Source: an uncultured delta proteobacterium (GTDB lineage Bacteria; Desulfobacterota; Desulfobacteria; Desulfobacterales; B30-G6). From it: 64,000 nt of DNA. The notes under the pieces are model-generated. The model was not told where the DNA came from. It ran no database searches and saw nothing but the letters and a program-made list of their open reading frames with translations. Both the position numbers and the translations under genes were made by a program. Position 1 is the stretch's first letter, and each line of letters starts with the position of its first letter. The stretch spans positions 416,001 through 480,000 of the forward strand of contig CAWGLD010000005.1 in the NCBI GenBank assembly GCA_963823335.1. The letters run 5' to 3'. Shown here one piece after another: positions 10,316 through 19,519 of this stretch.

Positions 10316-10424
10316 CTTGCACAGGCCGGAGGCTTCCATATGCTGCGTTACTAAGGGTTCGGAGTAAAGAACTACGCCTTCACCCATAGATGCCTTGCCT
10401 ATGAAAGCCTCCGACCCGTGCAAG
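10316..10424 (-). mobile_element. Long-hairpin MITE-like element (family M, copy A)
   Basis: Terminal arms cttgcac..cggaggctt / aagcctccg..gtgcaag; internal AAGGC..AGGCGTA/TACTCCGA..AACGCAG core on the minus strand. Confidence 0.65.
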
Positions 10425-10489
10425 ACTTAATCTCTTAACTGTGACTGTAAGGAATTAAGTTTATTTTGGATTTGCGGTTCATGGTCTTT

Positions 10490-10558
10490 TTCGTGATTTT
10501 GACCTTTCGTGATTTCGTAATAATAGATCTTTTTCTTTTGCGGTTTATCCGGGTTGGG
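10490..10558 (+). repeat. CACGAAA-family repeat R2, right arm plus tail
   Basis: ttcgtgattttgacctttcgtgatttcgtaat...GCGGTTTATCCGGGTTGGG. Confidence 0.75.
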
Positions 10559-10586
10559 TGATGCTTGCATATAGATTACAACAAGG

Positions 10587-11804
10587 GTGTATAAGATGTA
10601 TAAAGAGATGACAAGTCAGGATCTGCGGCATACGGCTGACGCCGTTATGATGAACACATACAATCGTTTTCCCTTGGTTTTGGTAAAGGGTAAGGGCTGT
10701 GTTGTCTGGGATATGGAAGGTCGATCCTACAGAGATTTCATTGCAGGTATTGCAGTCTGCAATCTGGGTCACGCCCATCCGGTTGTTTCAGAGGCATTAC
10801 GAAAGCAGGCGGAATCTCTGTGGCATGTTTCCAATTTGTATTACACACTGCCCCAGACAGCATTGGCCGACTGGTTGACGGAGCACAGTTTTGCGGACCG
10901 TGTTTTCTTCTGCAATAGCGGTGCAGAGGCCAATGAGGCTGCCATAAAATTGTGCCGCAAATATTTCTATGACCGTGGTGAGAAGGGAAGATACCGCATT
11001 ATTTCCATGACCCAATCATTTCATGGTCGGACCATGGCAGCACTTTCCGCCACAGGACAAGACAAGATCAAAGAGGGGTTCGACCCGGTTCTGGAAGGCT
11101 TTGACTTTGTTCCCTTTGATGACCTGGATGCTTTGAAACAGAAAATGGATTCATCGACGGCGGCAATCATGCTGGAACCTGTTCAGGGGGAGGGCGGCGT
11201 TCGCGTTCCATCACCGGGTTATCTGCAAGCGGTTCGAAAACTCTGCGATGACAGCGGAACACTGCTGGTGTTTGATGAAATACAAACAGGTATGGGGCGT
11301 ACCGGAAAGCTGTTCGCATATGAACATTTTGGCATTGCGCCTGATGTCATGTCTCTGGCAAAAGCACTGGGAAACGGTCTGCCTATCGGCGCGATACTAG
11401 CCAGGGAGCGAATCGCCTCGGCATTCTCACCAGGTGCACATGCCACCACTTTTGGTGGGACGCCGATTGTTACAGCCGTCGCCCTCGCGGTTGTCAAGAC
11501 CATGGAAGCGGAAAATATTTCAGCGCATAGTGCGCATGTAGGTTCCTATTTAAAAATGAAATTACAATCGCTTCAGGAAAAGCACCCGCTTATTGAAGAT
11601 GTCCGGGGCTTGGGACTTCTCATCGGAATGGAACTGAAGATAAAGGCCGACGCCCTGGTGAAAGCGTGCATGGCAAGAGGCTTTCTGGTTAATTGCATTC
11701 AAGAATCGATCCTGAGGTTTGCGCCACCGCTTGTTGTTCAGAAGGCTGATATCGATGCGTTGGTGGACTGCCTGGATGATGTGTTATCCGAAGTGACTGT
11801 GTAA
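10587..11804 (+). CDS. argD: Acetylornithine aminotransferase (class III PLP; start may be 10596 or 10608)
   Basis: NSGAEANE, SFHGRT, EPVQGEGG, DEIQTGMGRTG, AKALGNG, HATTFGG; next to argH. Confidence 0.92.
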   Translation: MYKMYKEMTSQDLRHTADAVMMNTYNRFPLVLVKGKGCVVWDMEGRSYRDFIAGIAVCNLGHAHPVVSEALRKQAESLWHVSNLYYTLPQTALADWLTEHSFADRVFFCNSGAEANEAAIKLCRKYFYDRGEKGRYRIISMTQSFHGRTMAALSATGQDKIKEGFDPVLEGFDFVPFDDLDALKQKMDSSTAAIMLEPVQGEGGVRVPSPGYLQAVRKLCDDSGTLLVFDEIQTGMGRTGKLFAYEHFGIAPDVMSLAKALGNGLPIGAILARERIASAFSPGAHATTFGGTPIVTAVALAVVKTMEAENISAHSAHVGSYLKMKLQSLQEKHPLIEDVRGLGLLIGMELKIKADALVKACMARGFLVNCIQESILRFAPPLVVQKADIDALVDCLDDVLSEVTV

Positions 11805-11838
11805 ACTAAGATCTTGGAAATATCGAAAGGCATAAAAA

Positions 11839-13224
11839 ATGGCCGAAAAACTCTGGGACGGCAGATTTTCTGAAAAAACCAGTCGAAGTGTTGAACGTTT
11901 TACGTCTTCCATAAACGTTGACAGCCGTTTGTACCCATATGACATTGAAGGGAGTATTGCCCATTGCAAAACCCTGGCAAAAGCGGGGATTATAACCGAC
12001 GATGAATCCTCGACCCTTATTCAAGGACTCGGTGTTGTCAAACGGGAGATCGCCCACGGAAAGTTCCTGTTCGACGATGCTCTGGAAGATATTCACATGC
12101 ACATCGAGACCCGACTTTTACAGGAAGTGGGCAAGGTTGCCCAGAAACTGCACACAGCTAGAAGCCGGAATGACCAGGTTGCCCTGGATGTACGCATGTT
12201 TCTGCGAGACAAGACGCGCCAGACGATATTGCACCTGACAACACTTTGTCGCACGCTGGTCGATATGGCCAGGATCCACATCGACGTGATCATGCCGGGC
12301 TATACCCATCTGCAGCATGCCCAACCGGTGCTGTTTAGCCACCACCTCATGGCGTATTATGAAATGTTCAAACGTGACGGTGAACGGTTTCGAGAGGCTT
12401 TGGAGCGAATCGATGTCATGCCATTGGGTGCTGCAGCGCTTGCGGGTACGACCTATCCCATAGACCGCCACTACACCGCCCAGTTATTGGCATTCAGCCG
12501 CGTATCCCCCAACAGCATGGATGCGGTTTCGGACAGGGATTTTATTCTGGAATATCTTGCCCATGCCAGCATCTGTATGGTTCACTTCAGCAGGTTGTCA
12601 GAAGAATTTATCCTGTGGTCATCTTCTGAGTTCAGCTTTATCGAGATACCGGACGCCTTTGCTACGGGCAGCAGTATCATGCCGCAGAAAAAAAATCCTG
12701 ACGTCCCCGAACTGGTCAGGGGTAAAACCGGTGGCGTTTTTGGTGATTTGCTGACTGTGTTGACATTGATGAAATCGCTACCTCTCACTTACAACAGAGA
12801 CATGCAGGAAGACAAGCTGCCGCTTTTTCGATCTGTCGATACGCTGTGTGACTGCATTGAAATCTATATCGGGATGTTGCCGAACATACAGGTCAACAAA
12901 GAACGCATGCTGCAGGCTGCATCGGTTGGGTTTCTCAATGCAACCGATTTAGCGGATTATCTGGTGGGTAAGGGCATGACCTTTAGAGAGGCTCATGGAT
13001 CTGTCGGAAAAGCCGTTGGTTTTGCGCTTCAACAAGGAAAAGAACTCAATGAGCTTTCCTTGAAAGAACTGAAAAACTTTTCATCACTGATCGACGGTGA
13101 TGTTTTTTCATACATCGCCATGGATCAGGTGATCGGCAGACGGACATCTTTTGGCGGGACAGCCAAACAGAATGTGATGGAGCAGATTGCGAAAGCGGAA
13201 AATGAGATCACGGATGCGAAATAA
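11839..13224 (+). CDS. argH: Argininosuccinate lyase
   Basis: LWDGRF, ARSRNDQV, MPGYTHLQHAQP, GSSIMPQKKNPD, YNRDMQEDK. Confidence 0.97.
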   Translation: MAEKLWDGRFSEKTSRSVERFTSSINVDSRLYPYDIEGSIAHCKTLAKAGIITDDESSTLIQGLGVVKREIAHGKFLFDDALEDIHMHIETRLLQEVGKVAQKLHTARSRNDQVALDVRMFLRDKTRQTILHLTTLCRTLVDMARIHIDVIMPGYTHLQHAQPVLFSHHLMAYYEMFKRDGERFREALERIDVMPLGAAALAGTTYPIDRHYTAQLLAFSRVSPNSMDAVSDRDFILEYLAHASICMVHFSRLSEEFILWSSSEFSFIEIPDAFATGSSIMPQKKNPDVPELVRGKTGGVFGDLLTVLTLMKSLPLTYNRDMQEDKLPLFRSVDTLCDCIEIYIGMLPNIQVNKERMLQAASVGFLNATDLADYLVGKGMTFREAHGSVGKAVGFALQQGKELNELSLKELKNFSSLIDGDVFSYIAMDQVIGRRTSFGGTAKQNVMEQIAKAENEITDAK

Positions 13225-13663
13225 ATCTTTGGGCCGATTAACCGCACATCATATGGTTTTGATATGGATCCTGATGGTATTTGGGGTGTCAGGCTGCGGT
13301 ATCAAGGGATCGCCCGTCCCGCCTGTTTATGAAAAACCTCCTGCTGTGAGCGAGCTGCACTATCAGGTGTCCGGCAACCAGCTCAATCTGACCTGGTCCG
13401 TTCCTCCAGTGCAGCCAACCGGCAACTCTACCGTGGCCGGTGCGAAAGTGTTCCGCTTGAAGCAGCCATTAAAGAACGTGGCCTGCCAGGACTGTACACG
13501 GAAATATATGTTAATGAGCAAGATCCCGGCTCGCTCTGGAACCATGCAATTTCAAGATACGATGGACAAAGGGTTTGCGTACTACTATAAAATCGTTTTA
13601 TACGACGCAGGAAATCATGACGGCGAGAGCTCCAATGTCATCCGTATTGAGAGCAGTAAATGA
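13214..13663 (+). CDS. Lipoprotein with LptM/YifL-like N-terminal motif and FN3-like domain
   Basis: Lipobox VSG-C followed by GIKGSPVPP; LTW...YYYKIV...ESSN pattern typical of FN3; lies before lysA. Confidence 0.65.
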   Translation: MRNKSLGRLTAHHMVLIWILMVFGVSGCGIKGSPVPPVYEKPPAVSELHYQVSGNQLNLTWSVPPVQPTGNSTVAGAKVFRLKQPLKNVACQDCTRKYMLMSKIPARSGTMQFQDTMDKGFAYYYKIVLYDAGNHDGESSNVIRIESSK

Positions 13664-13690
13664 AACAGAAATATAGGACTTTCGCAAAGA

Positions 13691-13732
13691 AGCGACAACG
13701 TCGCGCATGATAAATTCGTGAAACGAATTTAT
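13691..13732 (+). repeat. REP-like double hairpin R1 abutting the lysA RBS
   Basis: AGCGACAACGTCGCG-catg-ATAAATTCG-tgaaa-CGAATTTAT. Confidence 0.85.
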
Positions 13733-13745
13733 TAAGGATAAAATA

Positions 13746-15017
13746 ATGCACCATTTCAATTATCGAGAAGATACCCTGTTTTGTGAGAATGTTTCCATAA
13801 AGGATATTGCTGAGGATGTGGGAACACCTTTTTACCTTTACAGCCACGCCACCATCAAGCGGCACTTTCTCATATTTGATGGTGCTTTCGATGGGATTGA
13901 TAGACTGATCTGTTACTCGGCCAAGGCCAATTCAAATCTGGCCGTATTGACGCTTTTGGCGAATCTGGGTGCAGGTCTTGATATTGTTTCCGGTGGAGAA
14001 CTCTATAAAGGATTGAAAGCCGGTTTCCCGGCCGATCGAATTGTCTATTCAGGCGTTGGAAAACGTGTCGATGAAATTGATTTTGCCTTGCGGGAAGACA
14101 TTCTCATGTTCAACGTGGAATCTCTTGAAGAACTGGCCCTCATCGACATGCGTGCCGCCCTGCTGGGTACTGTTGCTCCCATCGCCATTCGAGTCAATCC
14201 GGACGTGGATCCTAAGACACATCCTTATATTTCCACAGGCTTGAAAAATAATAAATTTGGTATCGACACGAAAACGGCCATCAAGGCCTACGAAATGGCT
14301 TCCACATTACAACATGTGAAAATTCTGGGAATCGATTGTCATATCGGATCACAGATATCTGAGGCCAAACCCTTTGAGGACGCTCTTGGCAACATTCTGT
14401 CTCTTGTGAATGAACTCAGACGCAAGGGCATCGAAATCTCCTTCCTTGATATGGGCGGAGGTCTGGGTATCACCTACCAGAGTGAATCTCCTCCTGAACC
14501 GAACGAGTATGCCAGAGCGATCCAAAATATATTGAAACCCACGGATTATCGTCTCATTCTCGAACCAGGACGCGTTATTGTCGGCAACGCAGGCACTCTC
14601 ATTACCAGTGTTTTGTATCGAAAATCCGCAAAGAACAGAGAATTCGTCATAACGGATGCCGGCATGAACGATCTGATCCGGCCTTCGCTGTACCAGGCAT
14701 TTCATGCCATTCAACCCGTGCTGAAAAAAGAGGGAAATCCTATCATGGCGGATGTGGTGGGACCTATCTGTGAATCAGGAGACTTTTTAGCCCTTGATAG
14801 GGAATTGGCTGATGTTCAAAAGGGCGATCTTCTGGCAGTCATGAGTGCCGGCGCTTATGGCTTTGTCATGTCTTCAAACTACTGTTCACGGCTGAAGGTT
14901 CCCGAGATCATGGTTAAGGGCGACATGTACAGCGTTACGAACAGGCGTCAGAGCTATGAAGATCTTATACGCAATGAAACCATACCGGATTTCCTGACAG
15001 GAACCCGACCGGGATAA
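13746..15017 (+). CDS. lysA: Diaminopimelate decarboxylase
   Basis: YSAKAN, DIVSGGEL, HPYISTG, HIGSQ, EPGR, GPICESGD, GAYG. Confidence 0.97.
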   Translation: MHHFNYREDTLFCENVSIKDIAEDVGTPFYLYSHATIKRHFLIFDGAFDGIDRLICYSAKANSNLAVLTLLANLGAGLDIVSGGELYKGLKAGFPADRIVYSGVGKRVDEIDFALREDILMFNVESLEELALIDMRAALLGTVAPIAIRVNPDVDPKTHPYISTGLKNNKFGIDTKTAIKAYEMASTLQHVKILGIDCHIGSQISEAKPFEDALGNILSLVNELRRKGIEISFLDMGGGLGITYQSESPPEPNEYARAIQNILKPTDYRLILEPGRVIVGNAGTLITSVLYRKSAKNREFVITDAGMNDLIRPSLYQAFHAIQPVLKKEGNPIMADVVGPICESGDFLALDRELADVQKGDLLAVMSAGAYGFVMSSNYCSRLKVPEIMVKGDMYSVTNRRQSYEDLIRNETIPDFLTGTRPG

Positions 15018-15120
15018 ACCGTAAATGAAAAAGATCTTTTATCACGAAAGCACGAAAGGTCGAAAGCACGAATAAAAAACATAAAATTTCGCGTTTTCCA
15101 GTTTTCGTGTTTTCGTGATT
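15003..15120 (-). repeat. CACGAAA-family repeat R2, full form
   Basis: Tail cccgaccgggataaaccg plus arms atcacgaaagcacgaaa...tttcgtgttttcgtgat. Confidence 0.8.
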
Positions 15121-15192
15121 GCTTTTAAATTTTTTGTCAGAAAACAAAAATATATTACAATTTAGGGACCAAATGAATGGAATAGGAAAGAA

Positions 15193-16020
15193 ATGGGAAA
15201 AATACCCTTCTACAAGATGAGCGGCAGCGGTAACGATTTTATTTTAATCGACAATCGTGACGGCGTTGTGGGCGATAACTATCTGAGACAACTGGTGGTG
15301 GGTGCCTGCCGGAGAAAAATGTCTGTCGGGGCAGACGGGTTGCTTCTGGTTGAAAAAAGCACCCGGGCGGATTTTAAATGGCGGTTTTATAATGCAGATG
15401 GCAGCCGGGCCGAGATGTGCGGGAATGGTGCTCGTTGTGCCAGCCGTTTTGCTTTTATAACCGGAATTGCCGGTCCGGAGCTTTCTTTTGAAACCGACGT
15501 AGGCCTTGTGACGGCGGAAATTACGGGTGACCGGGTAAAAATCGGCATGACCGATCCCACAGATCTCAGGGAGCACGGAACGCTCCTTGTAGAAGATGCA
15601 ACATTTCCGTACGGGTTTATCAATACCGGCGTGCCACATGTGGTGATAACCACCAACGATATCGAAAGTATCGATGTCTTTAAAACAGGGCGTTTCATAC
15701 GACACCATGAAGTGTTCTCTCCCGCGGGTACGAATGTAAACTTTGTTGAACCTGTCGGGCAAAATACCATTGCCGTTAGGACCTATGAGCGTGGCGTGGA
15801 AGATGAGACCCTTGCTTGTGGCACAGGCTGTGTGGCTGCCTCTTTGATGATGTGTTTGAAGCATCAGTGGTCATCACCCGTCAATGTCAGGACGCGTAGC
15901 AATGTCATGCTTCGTGTGTATTTCACTTTCGAGAACGGTGTGTTCACCCAGATATATCTGGAGGGGGACGCCCGGGTGATCTACCATGGTACACTTTGGG
16001 AAGAGGCATGGGTTAAGTAA
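15193..16020 (+). CDS. dapF: Diaminopimelate epimerase
   Basis: KMSGSGNDF, EMCGNGARC, TGVPH, GTNVNF, YERGVEDETLACGTG. Confidence 0.97.
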   Translation: MGKIPFYKMSGSGNDFILIDNRDGVVGDNYLRQLVVGACRRKMSVGADGLLLVEKSTRADFKWRFYNADGSRAEMCGNGARCASRFAFITGIAGPELSFETDVGLVTAEITGDRVKIGMTDPTDLREHGTLLVEDATFPYGFINTGVPHVVITTNDIESIDVFKTGRFIRHHEVFSPAGTNVNFVEPVGQNTIAVRTYERGVEDETLACGTGCVAASLMMCLKHQWSSPVNVRTRSNVMLRVYFTFENGVFTQIYLEGDARVIYHGTLWEEAWVK

Positions 16021-16208
16021 GGGTCCGAGGGTTCCAGGGTGATACAAGGGTTGGAAGGTGGCTGACGGCTTAAGGCCGATAGCGGCATCCCGGCTTCTAA
16101 GCATCTTGGTGTCCCAGAAAAAAAGGGTTCAAGGGGGCCGAGGGTGATATAAGGTTGGAGGGTGGCTGACGGCTTACAGCAGATAGCAGCATTCCAACGT
16201 CCCAGCAT
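16019..16208 (+). repeat. Two tandem copies of G-rich element R3 after the dapF stop
   Basis: 16019-16105 and 16123-16208 both match the 7976 copy. Confidence 0.85.
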
Positions 16209-16270
16209 ATAAGGAGCTGTCGGATTGATCTCAAAAATGACAAACTTGATTGTTACCACATAAGTTGCAG

Positions 16271-16768
16271 ATGAACACGCATCAGGCATTTGTTTCGGTT
16301 GGGTCGAACCTGGGAGATAAAATCGAAAACTGCCGCAAAGGGATCAATGGGTTGCTGGCGGATGGTGCATCGGTTCTTTTGGGGACATCTTCTTTTTATC
16401 GAACGAGTCCTGTCGATTATAAAGATCAGGACTGGTTTGTCAATCTGGTGGTAAAGATCAAAACAACGCTTGATCCATTTGGCCTTTTGGCCAAGATACA
16501 GGATGTCCAGAAGGCAATCGGTCGCAAAGCCGACACGTTGCGGTTCGGACCGCGTGTTATCGATCTTGATATCATTTTCTTCGATGACCAGGTGATTCAG
16601 ACGGACCTTCTGGAAATACCACATCCGCGGATGCATAAAAGACGCTTTGTATTGAAACCTATTTGTGATATAGAGCCGTCCATGATGCATCCCGTATTGA
16701 GAAAAGACATGCGATCGCTATTAGGTGATTTGAAAGATTCGAAGCAAAGAATCATGGAGATTCAATGA
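16271..16768 (+). CDS. folK: 2-amino-4-hydroxy-6-hydroxymethyldihydropteridine diphosphokinase
   Basis: VGSNLG, FVN, RFGPRVIDLDII, IPHPRM, RRFVLKP. Confidence 0.95.
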   Translation: MNTHQAFVSVGSNLGDKIENCRKGINGLLADGASVLLGTSSFYRTSPVDYKDQDWFVNLVVKIKTTLDPFGLLAKIQDVQKAIGRKADTLRFGPRVIDLDIIFFDDQVIQTDLLEIPHPRMHKRRFVLKPICDIEPSMMHPVLRKDMRSLLGDLKDSKQRIMEIQ

Positions 16769-17025
16769 AGCTGCTGGTTCTTCTGGTTGTGGGATATCTC
16801 TGCTACCGGGTGATGAAAAACTGGATCATGGCGGGTCCGCCATCGCCCGATAAGGTTTCTTCTGCTTCTGTAGGTGAAATAGATGATGTCATGATCCAGG
16901 ACCCGGTTTGTGGCGTATATTTCCCGAAAGGAAATAGTATCGAACTGCAGTATAGGGGCGAAAAATTGTTCTTTTGCAGTCAGGAATGCAAAGCTAAGTT
17001 TATCCATAGCCACAAAGAAGCGTGA
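16765..17025 (+). CDS. Membrane-anchored YHS-domain protein
   Basis: N-terminal TM helix; DPVCG...FFCS..C; ATGA overlap with folK. Confidence 0.85.
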   Translation: MKLLVLLVVGYLCYRVMKNWIMAGPPSPDKVSSASVGEIDDVMIQDPVCGVYFPKGNSIELQYRGEKLFFCSQECKAKFIHSHKEA

Positions 17026-17057
17026 TAATTACATCTTGTTGAAGGCCTAAAGTCATT

Positions 17058-17624
17058 ATGCCATTAAGTCATAAATTAAAGAAGACGTTCAGTAACCCCA
17101 ACACCCTGACATTATGCAGAATCGGAGCGATACCGATTATTATTCTTTTGATGTATTTTCCGAACCGGCTTTGTACATTTATTGCCGCACTTTTTTTCAG
17201 TGCCGCAGCCATAACAGATTATATGGATGGCTACCTTGCACGTCAACGCGGCATGGTTTCCAGTTTTGGAAAGATCATGGACCCGGTAGCGGATAAATTA
17301 CTGGTGTCTTCATCTTTTATCATGCTGGTATACCACGGATGGGTGCCGGCATGGATGGTCTGTATTATCATCGGACGGGAGCTTGCGATTACGGGTCTTA
17401 GAAACATCATAGCCGAAACCGGCGGAGATGTGTCAGCTTCCTGGTTGGGAAAGTATAAAACAGGTTTTCAAATAGCAGCCATCATTCCCTTGTTTTTTCA
17501 CTATGATTATTTCACAATCAGCATGAATGCCATCGGAACCTTTTTTCTGTGGGGTGCGCTTCTATTTACGATCTGGTCGGGGGCAGATTATTTTATCAAG
17601 GCCCGGCATTTATTGAAACAGTAG
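17058..17624 (+). CDS. pgsA: CDP-diacylglycerol--glycerol-3-phosphate 3-phosphatidyltransferase
   Basis: PNTLT, DYMDGYLAR, GKIMDPVADK, GKYKT; followed by tRNA-Gly/Cys, a common arrangement. Confidence 0.95.
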   Translation: MPLSHKLKKTFSNPNTLTLCRIGAIPIIILLMYFPNRLCTFIAALFFSAAAITDYMDGYLARQRGMVSSFGKIMDPVADKLLVSSSFIMLVYHGWVPAWMVCIIIGRELAITGLRNIIAETGGDVSASWLGKYKTGFQIAAIIPLFFHYDYFTISMNAIGTFFLWGALLFTIWSGADYFIKARHLLKQ

Positions 17625-17721
17625 CATGCAGGGACGAAATTCCGTTTTATATACGGCACGATCTCATGGCGTTAGGGAGGGTAGGGTAAAAAATAATCCT
17701 GCTCTGCGGATTTATTTTTTA

Positions 17722-17750
17722 TTGACAAACGATCCATATCCCGTTAGAAA
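17722..17750 (+). promoter_or_regulatory. Putative sigma70 promoter for the tRNA pair
   Basis: TTGACA-17 nt-TAGAAA with AT-rich upstream tract. Confidence 0.6.
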
Positions 17751-17765
17751 ACGCAGACCAAATGG

Positions 17766-17840
17766 GCGGGAATAACTCAGTGGTAGAGTGCGACCTTGCC
17801 AAGGTCGAAGTCGCGGGTTCAAATCCCGTTTCCCGCTCCA
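17766..17840 (+). tRNA. tRNA-Gly(GCC)
   Basis: GCGGGAA acceptor stem, anticodon loop TTGCCAA, GGTTCAAATCCC T-arm, encoded CCA. Confidence 0.97.
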
Positions 17841-17848
17841 TTTTTTTT

Positions 17849-17923
17849 GGCGGCATAGCCAAGTGGTAAGGCAGCGGTCTGCAAAACCGCTATTCTCCGG
17901 TTCAAATCCGGATGCCGCCTCCA
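17849..17923 (+). tRNA. tRNA-Cys(GCA)
   Basis: GGCGGCA acceptor stem, anticodon loop CTGCAAA, GGTTCAAATCC T-arm, encoded CCA. Confidence 0.97.
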
Positions 17924-17932
17924 GTTAAAATA

Positions 17933-17971
17933 AAAGGGTTTGTAAGAAAAACAAAGGCTTACAAACCCTTT
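17933..17971 (+). terminator. Hairpin after tRNA-Cys
   Basis: Perfect 14-bp arms aaagggtttgtaag / cttacaaacccttt. Confidence 0.65.
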
Positions 17972-18091
17972 CTCATTTCATGCTTCAAGTGTCAGTGAGC
18001 GTCCTTTGTGCTTTAGTAACCCCCTAAATCGTCACAAAATAGCCATAAAACAGCCAGGCATTCAACCAACAAAAAAGGCGGGTCAATAAAT

Positions 18092-18397
18092 ATGTATTCA
18101 TTTAGACTTTGGATGGGCTCATTACTATTTGCAATCGGCATAGGATTTTGGACGTGGTTTCTAAGAAATGCATCCCGTAAAGAAAAAGCGAATCAGGCAA
18201 AACTATATAAAAGCTTCCATAAGATAATTCAAGTAATATGGAACTCTGCCTGGGTAGGTGCAGGGCTTTGGCTGTATCCAATCCCCAAAACCATACCACT
18301 AATCGCGCTTTTAGGCGGTGTGTTTTCAGGTATCTATTTTTCACAGACCGGTCACAAAAATGGCCACAGCAGAAATGAATTGCTCCGAAATAGATAA
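18092..18397 (+). CDS. Small AT-rich membrane protein (3 TM), hypothetical
   Basis: Three hydrophobic segments; visibly AT-richer than flanks; just downstream of the tRNAs. Confidence 0.55.
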   Translation: MYSFRLWMGSLLFAIGIGFWTWFLRNASRKEKANQAKLYKSFHKIIQVIWNSAWVGAGLWLYPIPKTIPLIALLGGVFSGIYFSQTGHKNGHSRNELLRNR

Positions 18398-18418
18398 TAA
18401 TAAAAAGAAGTTAGGGTA

Positions 18419-19519
18419 TTATCGAATTTTCGAGTAGCCAGGAATCAATGTCTGAGTGCTGCTTACACCGGAGATGCCCCGGATATGATCGTGGACGAAG
18501 TCTCCGATAATCTCCGCATCAGATGAAAGCATGTCCCTTGTCAGGATTATTTTAGCGATGATGTCCACATCCCCGTGAACCGAGTGAAGTTCTTTAACCT
18601 CGTCGTGAACAAATAATTTGTCCATAATACGATATTCGCTTTTTGCCTTGACAATGATCAATACAAAGGCGGTGATGTCCCGTTGCATTTCTGGATACTG
18701 CTGTTCTTTCATATCTGCCATTTTATTTCTAAAGGCCTCCATGTCTTTGGGGATTAGTTTGTCGATCCCGATTCCGTATTTGCGCGATAGGTTTTTATCC
18801 CATTGATGGAAAGATATATAGGCATACAGATCTGACAGGGTTCGATTTTGAAAGTGCTGAATGAGCTGCTCCTTATCTATGATGGCAATGAGGGGGCTGT
18901 AAATCGTCTCATACCAATCTTGTGCCGAGTCTTTCTTGGAAACCTTTCTGCCCGTGATCCGCCAGAGATAGTCCTGGTGCTTTTTGATTTGCTCCTCGAG
19001 ATAGTCATACTGGCCTAATTCCGTCAGGTCGATGGTCTGTGACAAGCCTGTATTCTCCTGAAAAACAGATCGTTGTCGATAGAGAATGTTTTCGAGTGTC
19101 TTTTTTGACGGAATAAACTCGACAATATCTGCCCGGATTGTTTCGTGGCCGAATTCTTTGGCTGCTGAAACCCGGTGATTGCCGTCCAGAACATAAAAAT
19201 CATCCTTGATCTGATACAGTTTGACGGGTGGCAGTCGTTTTCCCCTCCGCATGGAAGCCTTGATGTTTTCAAGTCGCTCCGATGGAATATGCTTTTTAAT
19301 CCGAAAGTGGTTGTCGAAATCCTGATAACGTCCTACGCTGCCCGTAATCTGTTTTAGTGGAACAGAGCAACTACCACGAATAACCGTGTCAAAAGCGCCT
19401 TCAGTGATCTGGTCTTCCTTGAAGTTTTTGGTCTCCTGCGGATTTGCTGGTGGAAGATGGTCTGATATTTCCGGAGTGCGTTTCTTTCTAAATATTGATT
19501 TCAAGAATCGTGTAGCCAT
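18419..19519 (-). CDS. ParB/Srx-like N-terminal domain + DUF4032-like domain + Lrp/AsnC ligand-binding domain fusion
   Basis: GSVGRY-DF, LPPVKLY...FYVLDGNHRVS (ParB fold); WYETIYSP...DLYAYI (DUF4032-like); AFVLI...VHGDVDIIAKI...GVSSTQTLI (AsnC/RAM); no HTH seen. Confidence 0.8.
   Translation of the reverse strand: MATRFLKSIFRKKRTPEISDHLPPANPQETKNFKEDQITEGAFDTVIRGSCSVPLKQITGSVGRYQDFDNHFRIKKHIPSERLENIKASMRRGKRLPPVKLYQIKDDFYVLDGNHRVSAAKEFGHETIRADIVEFIPSKKTLENILYRQRSVFQENTGLSQTIDLTELGQYDYLEEQIKKHQDYLWRITGRKVSKKDSAQDWYETIYSPLIAIIDKEQLIQHFQNRTLSDLYAYISFHQWDKNLSRKYGIGIDKLIPKDMEAFRNKMADMKEQQYPEMQRDITAFVLIIVKAKSEYRIMDKLFVHDEVKELHSVHGDVDIIAKIILTRDMLSSDAEIIGDFVHDHIRGISGVSSTQTLIPGYSKIR

Noticed and set aside
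18419-19519. Chromosome-partition parB
   Set aside because: No HTH, no adjacent parA, and a different domain architecture
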